The notes under the pieces were generated by a model, which was not told where the DNA came from, did no database searches, and saw nothing but the letters and a program-made list of their open reading frames with translations. Below, in pieces: positions 19,054 through 29,586 of a DNA stretch of 64,000 bases (positions are counted from its first letter, which is position 1; the number at the start of each line of letters is the position of its first letter). The stretch comes from Carpediemonas membranifera BICM (Eukaryota; Protista; Fornicata), in contig JAHDYR010000004.1 in the NCBI GenBank assembly GCA_019828565.1, positions 310,001 through 374,000 on the forward strand, in the 5' to 3' direction. A program made the translations under genes and the position numbers.

Positions 19054-20686
19054 TTAATGAAGGACCACCACCTGCCCGTCCGCCCCCGCACTGGCCACGT
19101 GCCCGCCGCTCGGGCTGACCCTGACCGTGTGTATGGCGTCGCCCCAGTTGACCCGGTGCGCGCTGGTGTCTGACGTGCACGCCCACGTCTCAGTGCTCCA
19201 AGCCCTGATGCTCTGGGCGTGGCTGGCTGTGACAAGGCTGAGGCCGTCGGGTGTGAAGTCGAGGGAGGACAGTGGCCCGTCGTGGGGCTTGAACGACTGG
19301 GTAATCGTCTCCTTGTCGAGGTCCACGATAAGCACGCTGTCGGGGATGCCCACGGCGATGATCTTCCGCGTCGGGTGGATTGCGATAGACACCACAGGAC
19401 CGCCGGTCTGGATGTTGAGGTTCCCGGGGATGCCGTCGAGGCCCCACTCCATCACAGAGTCCCGCGTGCCGAGGTACAAGCGGTTGGTCAGAGGCGACAC
19501 CGCACCCACGGTAAACTCCCCGCGGCACTCGGCGAGGGGAAGGGGGTTGGAGGTCACTAGATCCGCGCTGTCCCAGATCTTAGCCGACCCGTCTGCAGAG
19601 ACGGTGATGACCGACTTCTTGTGCGCCATGATGGACCAGATCGCGTCCGTGTGGCACTCGTTCGATCCCAGGGCGCGGCGTGACCATTCCTTGTGGGGGG
19701 AGAAGGGCGTGAGGGGAGGGGCGAGGGACCACGCCTTGAGGCAGCCTAGGCGATCGGCAGAGTAGAGCGTGGTGCCGACTACGCAGGTGGAGAGGATACC
19801 GAACTCGTGGCCCCTGAGCGTGAGGATCGGGTCCGTCTCGCCCGAGGTCTTCGCGGCCGGCCATACCCTCAGCGTGCAGTCCAGACCGCCGGAAACGACC
19901 ATGGCAGAGTCGGGGGTCCATGATACGGACATGGCGTCGCGGTAGTGGGCACGGATGATCTTGTACATCGTCCAGCTCTTCGAAGCAACCGGTCTCATCT
20001 TGTCCTCCATCGCTGCGGCCGCAATCGAGCCGAGTGAACCGATCTCGTCAGCCAGGCCGGCAGAGGGCTTGGTTGGGGCGGGCTGGGGTGCGGGGGGCAC
20101 GGCGCTGTGGCGGGGTCTGGAAGGGGCGGTCAGGTTCTTGCGGCCGGGACCCTCCATGCGGCGGCGCATGGCGGGGGGCAGGTCGAAGTGCGCAAGCTTG
20201 TCTTCGGCCTCACCGGGTGCCTCTTCGAGGACGGGCTCGGGCTGAGGGGCCTCGTACTCGGGCTCGGGCTCAGCCACGGGGAGCTCGGGGCGGGCGAGGG
20301 CCTGGTCGCCGTCCATGTCGCGGAGGTACTGGCGCAGAGCAGTACGGGACCGGCCGAGGCGCTCCATGATGTTGTGCATCATGGCGGAGGCGTCTGGGGG
20401 CGGGACGGCGGTGTTCTTCACGGGGGAGTCGGTGGAACTGGCCTCGAGCATCTTGATACGCATGATGAGGGTCTCCTTCTGGCTATCTTGGAACTCAAGC
20501 TGGCGCTGAAGGGTCATTATCTCCGTCTGTGTGAGTTTTCGTGAAGAATTTGACAAACCATGAGACGCTGTTTCTCAGCATCCCATTGCGCGCGCTCCCG
20601 TTCGAATCGGGCCCATTGCTGTGTGAGAATAAGGAATTTGCGCGTCGTACCTCTTGAAGGAAGTCCAAGGCCTCTGGAAAGTTCAT
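19054..20686 (-). CDS. STRN: Striatin-family WD40 protein; 3 exons, 32-nt introns at 20619-20650 and 20527-20558
   Basis: The spliced N-terminus MNFPEALDFLQEQWARFERERAQWDAEKQRLMTEI...LIMRIKMLE matches the striatin domain. C-terminal WD40 repeats (HTDAIWS, ASAGADG). Confidence 0.9.
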
Positions 20687-20831
20687 TGTCGTTTTCTGTC
20701 TTGTGGGTAAAGTGCGCCAAGACAAAAACTGGGATCCTGGGTTTCTCAGAGCTGGGCTGGGGCTCTTCTGTCACTACCAGTGTTGTTAGACTGGTCATCG
20801 GCGTCAAAACCTTTTCTGACAATTCAGCCAA

Positions 20832-21186
20832 ATGGCGGTAAAACATCGTTTGTTCGACATACGCAGGTATTAACGCAGAAGCCGATCTTATCTTATGCCG
20901 CAAACTTGCTGGAATGCATGTCGGGAGAGTCTGTGCGAACTGCCAGGGACGATGCCCGCTGTGCGACTCATTTGTGCACCAGGACGAGCCTGTATTGATA
21001 TGCGAGGACTGCTACCAGTCAGGATACAAGGACAAGTGCATAGTATGCGGCTCTCGTGCGACTGATGACGCTCACTACTGCAAGGAATGCGTCCGACATG
21101 GCAAGGACCGCGATGGCTGCCCCGTGGTCATCAACATCGGCGGGGCGCGTATGGACTCCTTCTTCCAGCGCATGATGACCAAGTAG
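20832..21186 (+). CDS. PHF5A: PHF5A/Rds3 U2 snRNP (SF3b) protein; 31-nt intron at 20848-20878
   Basis: Spliced MAVKHQADLILCRKLAG...CQGRCPLCDS...ICEDC...DAHYCKEC...DRDGCP. Confidence 0.95.
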
Positions 21187-21225
21187 ACACTATACACTCC
21201 CAACCATGCGCTCTGCAACGCTTTA

Positions 21226-22416
21226 TCACTTGTTTATGAGCCTGATGCTTCGCATGTATCGATGCGGACAGTGCTCCCAGTACATTAATGGTATGTACAC
21301 ATGTAAATGAGTCAGGTCCGCGGCCTCCACCTCAACCATGCGCCCTAGTTGCCGTGTTCCGGGGAATATGGTAAAGTCCAGCAGGGCGGGGGCTGGCTTC
21401 AGTAAAATGATCCGGCCACCGATCAGCAGCGGCTTATCCATCGTCTCTCTCACTGCCTTGACCCTGAACCGCCGGCCCCTCTTGACGTGGGTCTTGTTGG
21501 GGAAACAGACGAGGTTGGCGGCCGAGGCCCGGCTGACGTAGTCGCCACGGTTGACAACAACCGTGGAGAACTCGGCGAACCGGTCGAGCAGCTCCCTGGT
21601 GATGAATGGTGGGGAGCCAATGGTGAAATGTGACACTCTGTCAGCGCAGTCAGGCCTGTGGTCGCGGTACATGTCGGCCAGGATAGCACAGCATGACCCA
21701 CCCATCGAATGCCCGATGAACTCGATCTTGTAGTCTGGATACATGTCCACAGCCTCGTCTATTGAATCTACGATCCGATCCCAGACCCACTGTGACGAGA
21801 TCAAGAACCCCTGGTGGATGAAGCCCTCCTTATACTGCACGGGCGAGGCGAGCAAGTCTGTGGTGAGATCTGAGAGAGAGATGGAGCCCCGCACAGTGAC
21901 TAGGACAGACTCGTCGGAGTGGTGGATGGCGGTGATGTAGGCAGGTTTGAACGGGCTGGCAATGTATAGCTCGTCGAGTATGTCCGCCGGGTCCACCCCG
22001 GAGAGGCGGCAGAAGGTCGTGCGGTTGGAGCGGCGGTAGGCCTCGGAGGACTTGCGGTAGTGGGCGACGGCGTCTATGATGCGGAGAAAGCCCCGTGGAC
22101 CAGGGAGGAGTCTGTTCGGCGTGTACGTGCCTTCCGCAATCAGCGTGGGGTAGGTCGCGGCGGCCAGCCGAGCGCACCGCTCAATGTGGCGAAAATGCAC
22201 AGTCTCCTCGTCGGTATCCACAATGGGCTGTGTCTTTGCATTGTATGGCGTTCTGCCGTGGGGCAATCGGATCGTTGGTGCAACCTGGGAGAGCGCTACA
22301 TTCTTCACACCTCGAATCAGATCAAGTGGGGATGTGAGATGAACAAGGGCGATACCAAGCCCAACAGTAGTAACATATGCTGCAGTTTTGGGAATAAGAT
22401 GGTCTTGCTGGTTCAT
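21226..22416 (-). CDS. Class 3 lipase (DAG-lipase-like)
   Basis: VRGSISLSDLTTD, IHQGF, nucleophile elbow GHSMGG, DYVSR. Confidence 0.88.
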   Translation of the reverse strand: MNQQDHLIPKTAAYVTTVGLGIALVHLTSPLDLIRGVKNVALSQVAPTIRLPHGRTPYNAKTQPIVDTDEETVHFRHIERCARLAAATYPTLIAEGTYTPNRLLPGPRGFLRIIDAVAHYRKSSEAYRRSNRTTFCRLSGVDPADILDELYIASPFKPAYITAIHHSDESVLVTVRGSISLSDLTTDLLASPVQYKEGFIHQGFLISSQWVWDRIVDSIDEAVDMYPDYKIEFIGHSMGGSCCAILADMYRDHRPDCADRVSHFTIGSPPFITRELLDRFAEFSTVVVNRGDYVSRASAANLVCFPNKTHVKRGRRFRVKAVRETMDKPLLIGGRIILLKPAPALLDFTIFPGTRQLGRMVEVEAADLTHLHVYIPLMYWEHCPHRYMRSIRLINK

Positions 22417-22885
22417 TGCGCCAATTGGACGCGATTATGTGATTGGTGCCCAAGATTTTCAATCTCATTCCACGAGGTGTCGCGCTCGCTAGGACCCCGA
22501 ACTGAGTCACCTCACCGCCTAGTGGCCACCGGACACAAAAACTTGCTTCATTTCTTCATTCCGGGGACATGGTCGCCCAGATTATCGAAACGCACTTTAA
22601 GGTCGTCACTCGAAAACGGGAGATGCGACGTTCCAGGCCAATCTGTACGCGTATGGGGCATCCCCTGCCAATCGGGGGAGGCAATTGGACTTTTGAAATT
22701 CTGAAAGAAAATTGCTCTTTTCAATTGGCTGAGCCGCGGAAATTGAATTTTTACTTGAGCAGCAATAAGGACGCTTAGGTAGCGATCGGGGCATGACTAG
22801 AAGGGGTCTGTGAGTACCATGGGGGCCTCGTAATAATGTTAAAACCATTTTTACCAGGCTATGGTTTTCTTCATTGAAGAGAGTA

Positions 22886-23632
22886 ATGGGCTCCCGGATC
22901 CGTGGCCAGAGGAAGGGTTCTTCCACCGTTTTCTTAGCGCGTACTCACCACCGCAAGGGCCGTGCCGCTCTCCGCGCTCTCGATGCCCGCGAGCGTAACG
23001 GCTTCGTCCGTGGTGTCGTCAGCACGATTCTTCACGATCCCGGTCGCGGTGCCCCCCTTGCCCGTGTGACTTTCCGCCACTCTCACAGATGCGCCAAGGT
23101 TCAGGAGACTTTCGTCGCCCCCGAGGGCCTTGTTGAGGGTCAGTCTGTCTACTGCGGCCCCAAGGCCACTCTTACCATCGGTAACGTCCTTCCCATCGGC
23201 AAGATGCCCGAAGGTACCATCGTCTCCATGGTTGAGGATAAGGCTGGTGACCGCGGCGCCCTCGCTCGCACCTCCGGCGCTGCCGCTGTCGTCATTGGCC
23301 ACAACGCCGATGAGGGCCGCACCCGTGTCCGCCTCCCCTCCGGCCAGAAGAAGCTTCTTCCCTCCATGTGCCGTGGTATGGTCGGTATCGTTGCTGGCGG
23401 TGGCCGTTCCGATAAGCCTATCATGAAGGCTGGTACTGCCTACCACAAGGCCAAGGCAAAGCGTAACAACTGGCCTCGCGTCCGTGCTGTTGCCATGAAC
23501 CCCGTTGACCATCCCTTCGGTGGTGGTAACCACCAGCATATCGGTCACCCTTCGACCATCTCCCGTGGTGCCGTCCCCGGCCAGAAGGTTGGTCTTATCG
23601 CTGCCCGCCGCACTGGTTTCGGCCGTCGTTAA
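22886..23632 (+). CDS. RPL8: 60S ribosomal protein uL2 (L8), copy 1
   Basis: [53 protein letters not shown]. Confidence 0.97.
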   Translation: MGSRIRGQRKGSSTVFLARTHHRKGRAALRALDARERNGFVRGVVSTILHDPGRGAPLARVTFRHSHRCAKVQETFVAPEGLVEGQSVYCGPKATLTIGNVLPIGKMPEGTIVSMVEDKAGDRGALARTSGAAAVVIGHNADEGRTRVRLPSGQKKLLPSMCRGMVGIVAGGGRSDKPIMKAGTAYHKAKAKRNNWPRVRAVAMNPVDHPFGGGNHQHIGHPSTISRGAVPGQKVGLIAARRTGFGRR

Positions 23633-24005
23633 ACTTCGGTGTTCTATTGTCTCTGGGAGAATTTTGAGCGGAATGGGGAGGCTTCGAGAGCATGTGTGTC
23701 ATGATACAATTGCACTTTAAGGTCGTCACTCGAAAACGGGAGATGCGACGTTCCAGGCCAATCTGTACGCGTATGGGGCATCCCCTGCCAATCGGGGGAG
23801 GCAATTGGACTTTTGAAATTCTGAAAGAAAATTGCTCTTTTCAATTGGCTGAGCCGCGGAAATTGAATTTTTACTTGAGCAGCAATAAGGACGCTTAGGT
23901 AGCGATCGGGGCATGACTAGAAGGGGTCTGTGAGTACCATGGGGGCCTCGTAATAATGTTAAAACCATTTTTACCAGGCTATGGTTTTCTTCATTGAAGA
24001 GAGTA

Positions 24006-24752
24006 ATGGGCTCCCGGATCCGTGGCCAGAGGAAGGGTTCTTCCACCGTTTTCTTAGCGCGTACTCACCACCGCAAGGGCCGTGCCGCTCTCCGCGCTCT
24101 CGATGCCCGCGAGCGTAACGGCTTCGTCCGTGGTGTCGTCAGCACGATTCTTCACGATCCCGGTCGCGGTGCCCCCCTTGCCCGTGTGACTTTCCGCCAC
24201 TCTCACAGATGCGCCAAGGTTCAGGAGACTTTCGTCGCCCCCGAGGGCCTTGTTGAGGGTCAGTCTGTATACTGCGGCCCCAAGGCCACTCTTACCATCG
24301 GTAACGTCCTTCCCATCGGCAAGATGCCCGAAGGTACCATCGTCTCCATGGTTGAGGATAAGGCTGGTGACCGCGGCGCCCTCGCTCGCACCTCCGGCGC
24401 TGCCGCTGTCGTCATTGGCCACAACGCCGATGAGGGCCGCACCCGTGTCCGCCTCCCCTCCGGCCAGAAGAAGCTTCTTCCCTCCATGTGCCGTGGTATG
24501 GTCGGTATCGTTGCTGGCGGTGGCCGTTCCGATAAGCCTATCATGAAGGCTGGTACTGCCTACCACAAGGCCAAGGCAAAGCGTAACAACTGGCCTCGCG
24601 TCCGTGCTGTTGCCATGAACCCCGTTGACCATCCCTTCGGTGGTGGTAACCACCAGCATATCGGTCACCCTTCGACCATCTCCCGTGGTGCCGTCCCCGG
24701 CCAGAAGGTTGGTCTTATCGCTGCCCGCCGCACTGGTTTCGGCCGTCGTTAA
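24006..24752 (+). CDS. RPL8: 60S ribosomal protein uL2 (L8), copy 2
   Basis: Protein identical to copy 1. Confidence 0.95.
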   Translation: MGSRIRGQRKGSSTVFLARTHHRKGRAALRALDARERNGFVRGVVSTILHDPGRGAPLARVTFRHSHRCAKVQETFVAPEGLVEGQSVYCGPKATLTIGNVLPIGKMPEGTIVSMVEDKAGDRGALARTSGAAAVVIGHNADEGRTRVRLPSGQKKLLPSMCRGMVGIVAGGGRSDKPIMKAGTAYHKAKAKRNNWPRVRAVAMNPVDHPFGGGNHQHIGHPSTISRGAVPGQKVGLIAARRTGFGRR

Positions 24753-25125
24753 ACTTCGGTGTTCTATTGTCTCTGGGAGAATTTTGAGCGGAATGGGGAG
24801 GCTTCGAGAGCATGTGTGTCATGATACAATTGCACTTTAAGGTCGTCACTCGAAAACGGGAGATGCGACGTTCCAGGCCAATCTGTACGCGTATGGGGCA
24901 TCCCCTGCCAATCGGGGGAGGCAATTGGACTTTTGAAATTCTGAAAGAAAATTGCTCTTTTCAATTGGCTGAGCCGCGGAAATTGAATTTTTACTTGAGC
25001 AGCAATAAGGACGCTTAGGTAGCGATCGGGGCATGACTAGAAGGGGTCTGTGAGTACCATGGGGGCCTCGTAATAATGTTAAAACCATTTTTACCAGGCT
25101 ATGGTTTTCTTCATTGAAGAGAGTA

Positions 25126-25872
25126 ATGGGCTCCCGGATCCGTGGCCAGAGGAAGGGTTCTTCCACCGTTTTCTTAGCGCGTACTCACCACCGCAAGGGC
25201 CGTGCCGCTCTCCGCGCTCTCGATGCCCGCGAGCGTAACGGCTTCGTCCGTGGTGTCGTCAGCACGATTCTTCACGATCCCGGTCGCGGTGCCCCCCTTG
25301 CCCGTGTGACTTTCCGCCACTCTCACAGATGCGCCAAGGTTCAGGAGACTTTCGTCGCCCCCGAGGGCCTTGTTGAGGGTCAGTCTGTATACTGCGGCCC
25401 CAAGGCCACTCTTACCATCGGTAACGTCCTTCCCATCGGCAAGATGCCCGAAGGTACCATCGTCTCCATGGTTGAGGATAAGGCTGGTGACCGCGGCGCC
25501 CTCGCTCGCACCTCCGGCGCTGCCGCTGTCGTCATTGGCCACAACGCCGATGAGGGCCGCACCCGTGTCCGCCTCCCCTCCGGCCAGAAGAAGCTTCTTC
25601 CCTCCATGTGCCGTGGTATGGTCGGTATCGTTGCTGGCGGTGGCCGTTCCGATAAGCCTATCATGAAGGCTGGTACTGCCTACCACAAGGCCAAGGCAAA
25701 GCGTAACAACTGGCCTCGCGTCCGTGCTGTTGCCATGAACCCCGTTGACCATCCCTTCGGTGGTGGTAACCACCAGCATATCGGTCACCCTTCGACCATC
25801 TCCCGTGGTGCCGTCCCCGGCCAGAAGGTTGGTCTTATCGCTGCCCGCCGCACTGGTTTCGGCCGCCGCTAA
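25126..25872 (+). CDS. RPL8: 60S ribosomal protein uL2 (L8), copy 3
   Basis: Identical protein; the last two codons and the 3' flank differ. Confidence 0.95.
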   Translation: MGSRIRGQRKGSSTVFLARTHHRKGRAALRALDARERNGFVRGVVSTILHDPGRGAPLARVTFRHSHRCAKVQETFVAPEGLVEGQSVYCGPKATLTIGNVLPIGKMPEGTIVSMVEDKAGDRGALARTSGAAAVVIGHNADEGRTRVRLPSGQKKLLPSMCRGMVGIVAGGGRSDKPIMKAGTAYHKAKAKRNNWPRVRAVAMNPVDHPFGGGNHQHIGHPSTISRGAVPGQKVGLIAARRTGFGRR

Positions 25873-26222
25873 TTACCTTCACCAATTTTGTAAATGGCCT
25901 ATTTTTCGACCATGCTCGTCAGAATCTGCTGCTCATGTTAATGCTCGTCCCCCAAAATCTACGCATTCGCAAATATGCTCTAAGCAGTATCTTGTGAACA
26001 GGTTGCGCCGTCTTATACGCTTGCCTGACCCTTCCGAAGCTCAAGAAGTTTGACCTAAAACTTTAACATACACTCGTTGGTAACACATAAGCCAGACCGC
26101 GCCCCGCGCGGCATGGGGTCAAACCGTTGCCCGGTTGGACTTCCGCGTCCGCGGCGTCCGCCTGGCTGCGACCTAAAAGTGCGTTTTTTAGCCATCTGAC
26201 GAATTCTTCAAAGTGGGCGAAC

Positions 26223-28451
26223 ATGAGCGCTGTAGACGCTGAATATGCCCGTTACTATGAGATGATTGACAGTTTGGTCAATGAGCTTCAGGAGTATTCG
26301 TCACATGATCCTGAGTTTAATCTAGCGGCGATTCGGATGCTCACGCCCTATGGCTCATCTGCAGGGAGCAACGAACACGCCATTCAAGTACTTTTTACGA
26401 TTCTATTAGACCTGCAGCACACATATGCCCACAACGAAGCGCTCCAGGCAATCCTGGCCATTGGCGGTGTATCTGGGCTGGGCATCCTCGTTCGGGAGGT
26501 TCTGAGCAACAGACAGGGTGGATTCGACCTCTATACAGGCCCGAGCATGCGTCCTGCGGCTGATTACCTTGCCTGGCAGCGGACAGTGCTCACAGCCCTG
26601 GCCAACCACCCGGTCATCGTCAGCCTCGTCCTCATCCCAGCCCTAGTGTCGTCAGTAACAGATGCAGCGGTGCCAGATCACATCAAGCGGGCTATATTCT
26701 GTGCGATTCCGCTCTTTGGCGACGAATCGGCGGCCGAGTACTCCGATACGATTGCTCTGTGTCTCGAGACGGAGAACGTCATGAGGAAGGAAGTTATGCT
26801 CGCTCTCAGGGCGCAGGGTGATGCCGCAGAGCGTATCCTGATCGCCCTTGCCCTCGACAGTAGCAACCCTCCGATCCAGAAGCTCGCGATCCTCGGGCTG
26901 GGGGCCCCACCACTCGGGTTGTCTTCCAAGACCAAGGCCGTCGACATAGAGCTCAAGCAGAACCCTATTCCTGGGCCATCCGTCGTTGTCGGGTTCAGGG
27001 AGCCCGAAGAGGGGCAGGAGCAGGCGGTGCTGGAGCTGCATGAGAGTACGCTCTTGTGTCTGCTTAAAACTGCGCTTGAGAAACGTACTTTCCCACCAGA
27101 CGCCTTTGAGGTCGAACGTGACGTCCCACTTGCCGACGATGATGATGACTTGGAGACACGTATGGCGCGGCTGATCGCCCAGCAAGCTAAGAAGTCGCCC
27201 GACAACATGGAGCGGTTTGACCGGGACCGCTCCGCTCTGGACTTCCAGTACTCCGATGGCTCCCCCTCTATCGCGGCAGGGTCGCCGCACGCCTCTGAGG
27301 AGCAGGGAGCGGACGACGACACCGGGCCCCTGCTCATGGCGAAGACGGTGTCCCCCGCTGCCGTCGACTGCCTGACAACACTGCTCACACAGCGCAGGGT
27401 CTCTGCAGACGTCCTGATGGCAGTGTGCGCGTCTTGCGGCGCTATTGGTATGCCCGAGGGCGCTGCCTTTGCCGCCCCCCTCGAGGCCCTGCTCGGGCCC
27501 AAGGTCAGGATGGCCGACCCCGGCCTTAGGGCAGCAGTCACCCAGACCCTGGCCAACTTCGCCCCCCTGGTCACTGAGCGAGGCATCTTACAGCTCATCA
27601 AACAACTCGATGACTCAAGCTGGGCGGTGCGGTACCAGAGTGCACTCGCCCTCGCTGCGGTCGGGAGCCGGGCGGACAGGGCCGTGACCAAGCTGAGGGG
27701 GCTGCTGGAACGGTCTCGGTCCAACAGAGCAGACATTGCCGCGTGTTTGGCAAATATGGGGGAGGCGGGGGAGGTCACGCTGCTTGAATTACTCAACCAC
27801 TCTCGTCCCGACCTCAGGTCGATTGCCGCCAGGGGTTTGGCACATATGAACGTCTACCGGCCCACACTTGAGCGGATCTCGATGCTCCTTGCCGAGGCCC
27901 TAGGGAAGGAGGGCCAGGCCACTGTCCGCTGTGCTCTTTTAGACTCACTCAACACGCTGTCCTCGCGGTCGTTTGAGCAGGTGACGTTCTTACAGACACA
28001 GACTCTGGTGGAGATTCTCCGGAAACACCTTAATGACAGGGTTCCGGATGTCCGGAAACACGCGGCCCACCTCCTCGCCCACAACGGCGTCATCGGCCAG
28101 TCCGCCCTCCGACACGCACTCAATCAGGCACGCAGCTCCGCGGTGATCATCGCATGCATCGGCGGACTTGCGGAGAGCGGGGCGCGGTGCCTCTTCGCCC
28201 TCCTCCTCGTTTTCCAGAACAATCAGGACCAGGGCGTGCAGGGCGCCGTCGTCAGGGCCCTAGTCCATTTCGGGGCCGACCGTATTCTGGACCACTTGTA
28301 CAAGCTGGACCATTCGTCTCGGCAGAACAATATCCGCACTTTAAGGCAGGTGCAGGCTAGCCCGTTCCCTTCGGTCAGCTCGGACAGGTTCCAGTCTTTG
28401 CTGGCAGACGTGTTTGAGGCGCTAGAGGAGGACGGTTTGGATGTTAGGTGA
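26223..28451 (+). CDS. HEAT/ARM-repeat protein
   Basis: Repeated L.D....VR..AA.AL units (LDDSSWAVRYQSALAL, LNHSRPDLRSIAARGL, LNDRVPDVRKHAA). Confidence 0.8.
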   Translation: MSAVDAEYARYYEMIDSLVNELQEYSSHDPEFNLAAIRMLTPYGSSAGSNEHAIQVLFTILLDLQHTYAHNEALQAILAIGGVSGLGILVREVLSNRQGGFDLYTGPSMRPAADYLAWQRTVLTALANHPVIVSLVLIPALVSSVTDAAVPDHIKRAIFCAIPLFGDESAAEYSDTIALCLETENVMRKEVMLALRAQGDAAERILIALALDSSNPPIQKLAILGLGAPPLGLSSKTKAVDIELKQNPIPGPSVVVGFREPEEGQEQAVLELHESTLLCLLKTALEKRTFPPDAFEVERDVPLADDDDDLETRMARLIAQQAKKSPDNMERFDRDRSALDFQYSDGSPSIAAGSPHASEEQGADDDTGPLLMAKTVSPAAVDCLTTLLTQRRVSADVLMAVCASCGAIGMPEGAAFAAPLEALLGPKVRMADPGLRAAVTQTLANFAPLVTERGILQLIKQLDDSSWAVRYQSALALAAVGSRADRAVTKLRGLLERSRSNRADIAACLANMGEAGEVTLLELLNHSRPDLRSIAARGLAHMNVYRPTLERISMLLAEALGKEGQATVRCALLDSLNTLSSRSFEQVTFLQTQTLVEILRKHLNDRVPDVRKHAAHLLAHNGVIGQSALRHALNQARSSAVIIACIGGLAESGARCLFALLLVFQNNQDQGVQGAVVRALVHFGADRILDHLYKLDHSSRQNNIRTLRQVQASPFPSVSSDRFQSLLADVFEALEEDGLDVR

Positions 28452-28618
28452 GGTGCCGCTGTATACTAAACGATCGTGCGGGAGCTGTTAGCAGGCTAGG
28501 CGAGGGCTAGGTTGGAGTGGAGGGACTGGATGGGACATTAGTCCGGTGGTACATGATACGACCCAAATCGTAGTCATCAATCGATTTGACAAAAGTGCCG
28601 AAGAAACCACCGCCACGA

Positions 28619-29278
28619 ATGGTGTTGAGCTTTCTAATTGAGCACAAGAACTTCGAGCTTGGTCTTGCGATTGGCATTAGCATCGGTGCGATCGTTGTAT
28701 ACATCATTAACATCCTGGGCCTCTTCTTTAAGGTTAGAATCTCCAAGCACTCCTTCTGTGAGGCTGCTCTGATTGGAATGGACGTAATGGGACCATATTC
28801 AAAGGTACACAAACCTATGAAGGAAATACGCGACCGGATTCTTTGCGACGAAGGTCTCCTTGACCTCCGCCTAAGGGATCGTGTTGGGAGCTCCTTTGGC
28901 CAGTACTTCGACGACCCAAAGAGCACCCCCAAGGACAAGTGCCGCGCCTTTGTCGGCGTGATGCTCGAGGCCCCAGATGACACGGACATTGACCGCATCC
29001 GTGAGTGCGGGTATATCGTCAAAATGACCAGCGGCGGTAGGTTCCCCGCCATCGCCATGCCTAGCCGCTCGGTACCCGGGCTGATGATCGGCTTATTCCG
29101 GGGATACCGGCTCCTCCAGCGGCTCGAGCGGACAGACCCGAGCGCTATTTCCAACTTCTACAGCGGGAACTCTTCACTCGAGATTTATGATAATGAGAAC
29201 CAGGTGTGGTATTTGACCGGAAACACGATTGAGCAGAGTCCGAAGAGCGACGAGAGCGATGAGGAGAGCATGCAGTGA
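28619..29278 (+). CDS. TEX264-like protein (N-terminal TM helix plus GyrI-like domain)
   Basis: Hydrophobic helix LAIGISIGAIVVYIINILGLF; MGPYSK and GQYFDDPKSTPKDKCRAFVG resemble the TEX264 GyrI-like domain. Confidence 0.7.
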   Translation: MVLSFLIEHKNFELGLAIGISIGAIVVYIINILGLFFKVRISKHSFCEAALIGMDVMGPYSKVHKPMKEIRDRILCDEGLLDLRLRDRVGSSFGQYFDDPKSTPKDKCRAFVGVMLEAPDDTDIDRIRECGYIVKMTSGGRFPAIAMPSRSVPGLMIGLFRGYRLLQRLERTDPSAISNFYSGNSSLEIYDNENQVWYLTGNTIEQSPKSDESDEESMQ

Positions 29279-29586
29279 GCCACGCCAGTAAATGTACATC
29301 CCGACTGCTTTCTAAAGTTATTGGTGGCTATAGCGGTCAAGCTGCTGTGAAAAATGAATAAAAATGATCCCTATGTTTCAGAAGAATGAAACGCGAACAT
29401 GGTTGGTCAGAACATGGTGGGGTGTCAAGTGCAGATTAGGGTGGCTCAAGAAATATTGACGCGAGTCGAGACTACCATCTATGGCGCACCTAACGGCGCG
29501 CACGGCTCCCTTGTCTGCCCGGATCTCGGTGATTTTTGGCCGAGATCGGAGTCGGCTGTTGAGTCGCAGAAGACGAAGTGATCTGT

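Larger units (their letters stand above)
22592..25865 (+). repeat. Tandem array of 1120-bp units (promoter plus RPL8), about 2.9 copies
   Basis: GCACTTTAAGGTCGTC recurs at 22592, 23712 and 24832; units are near-identical. Confidence 0.95.
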
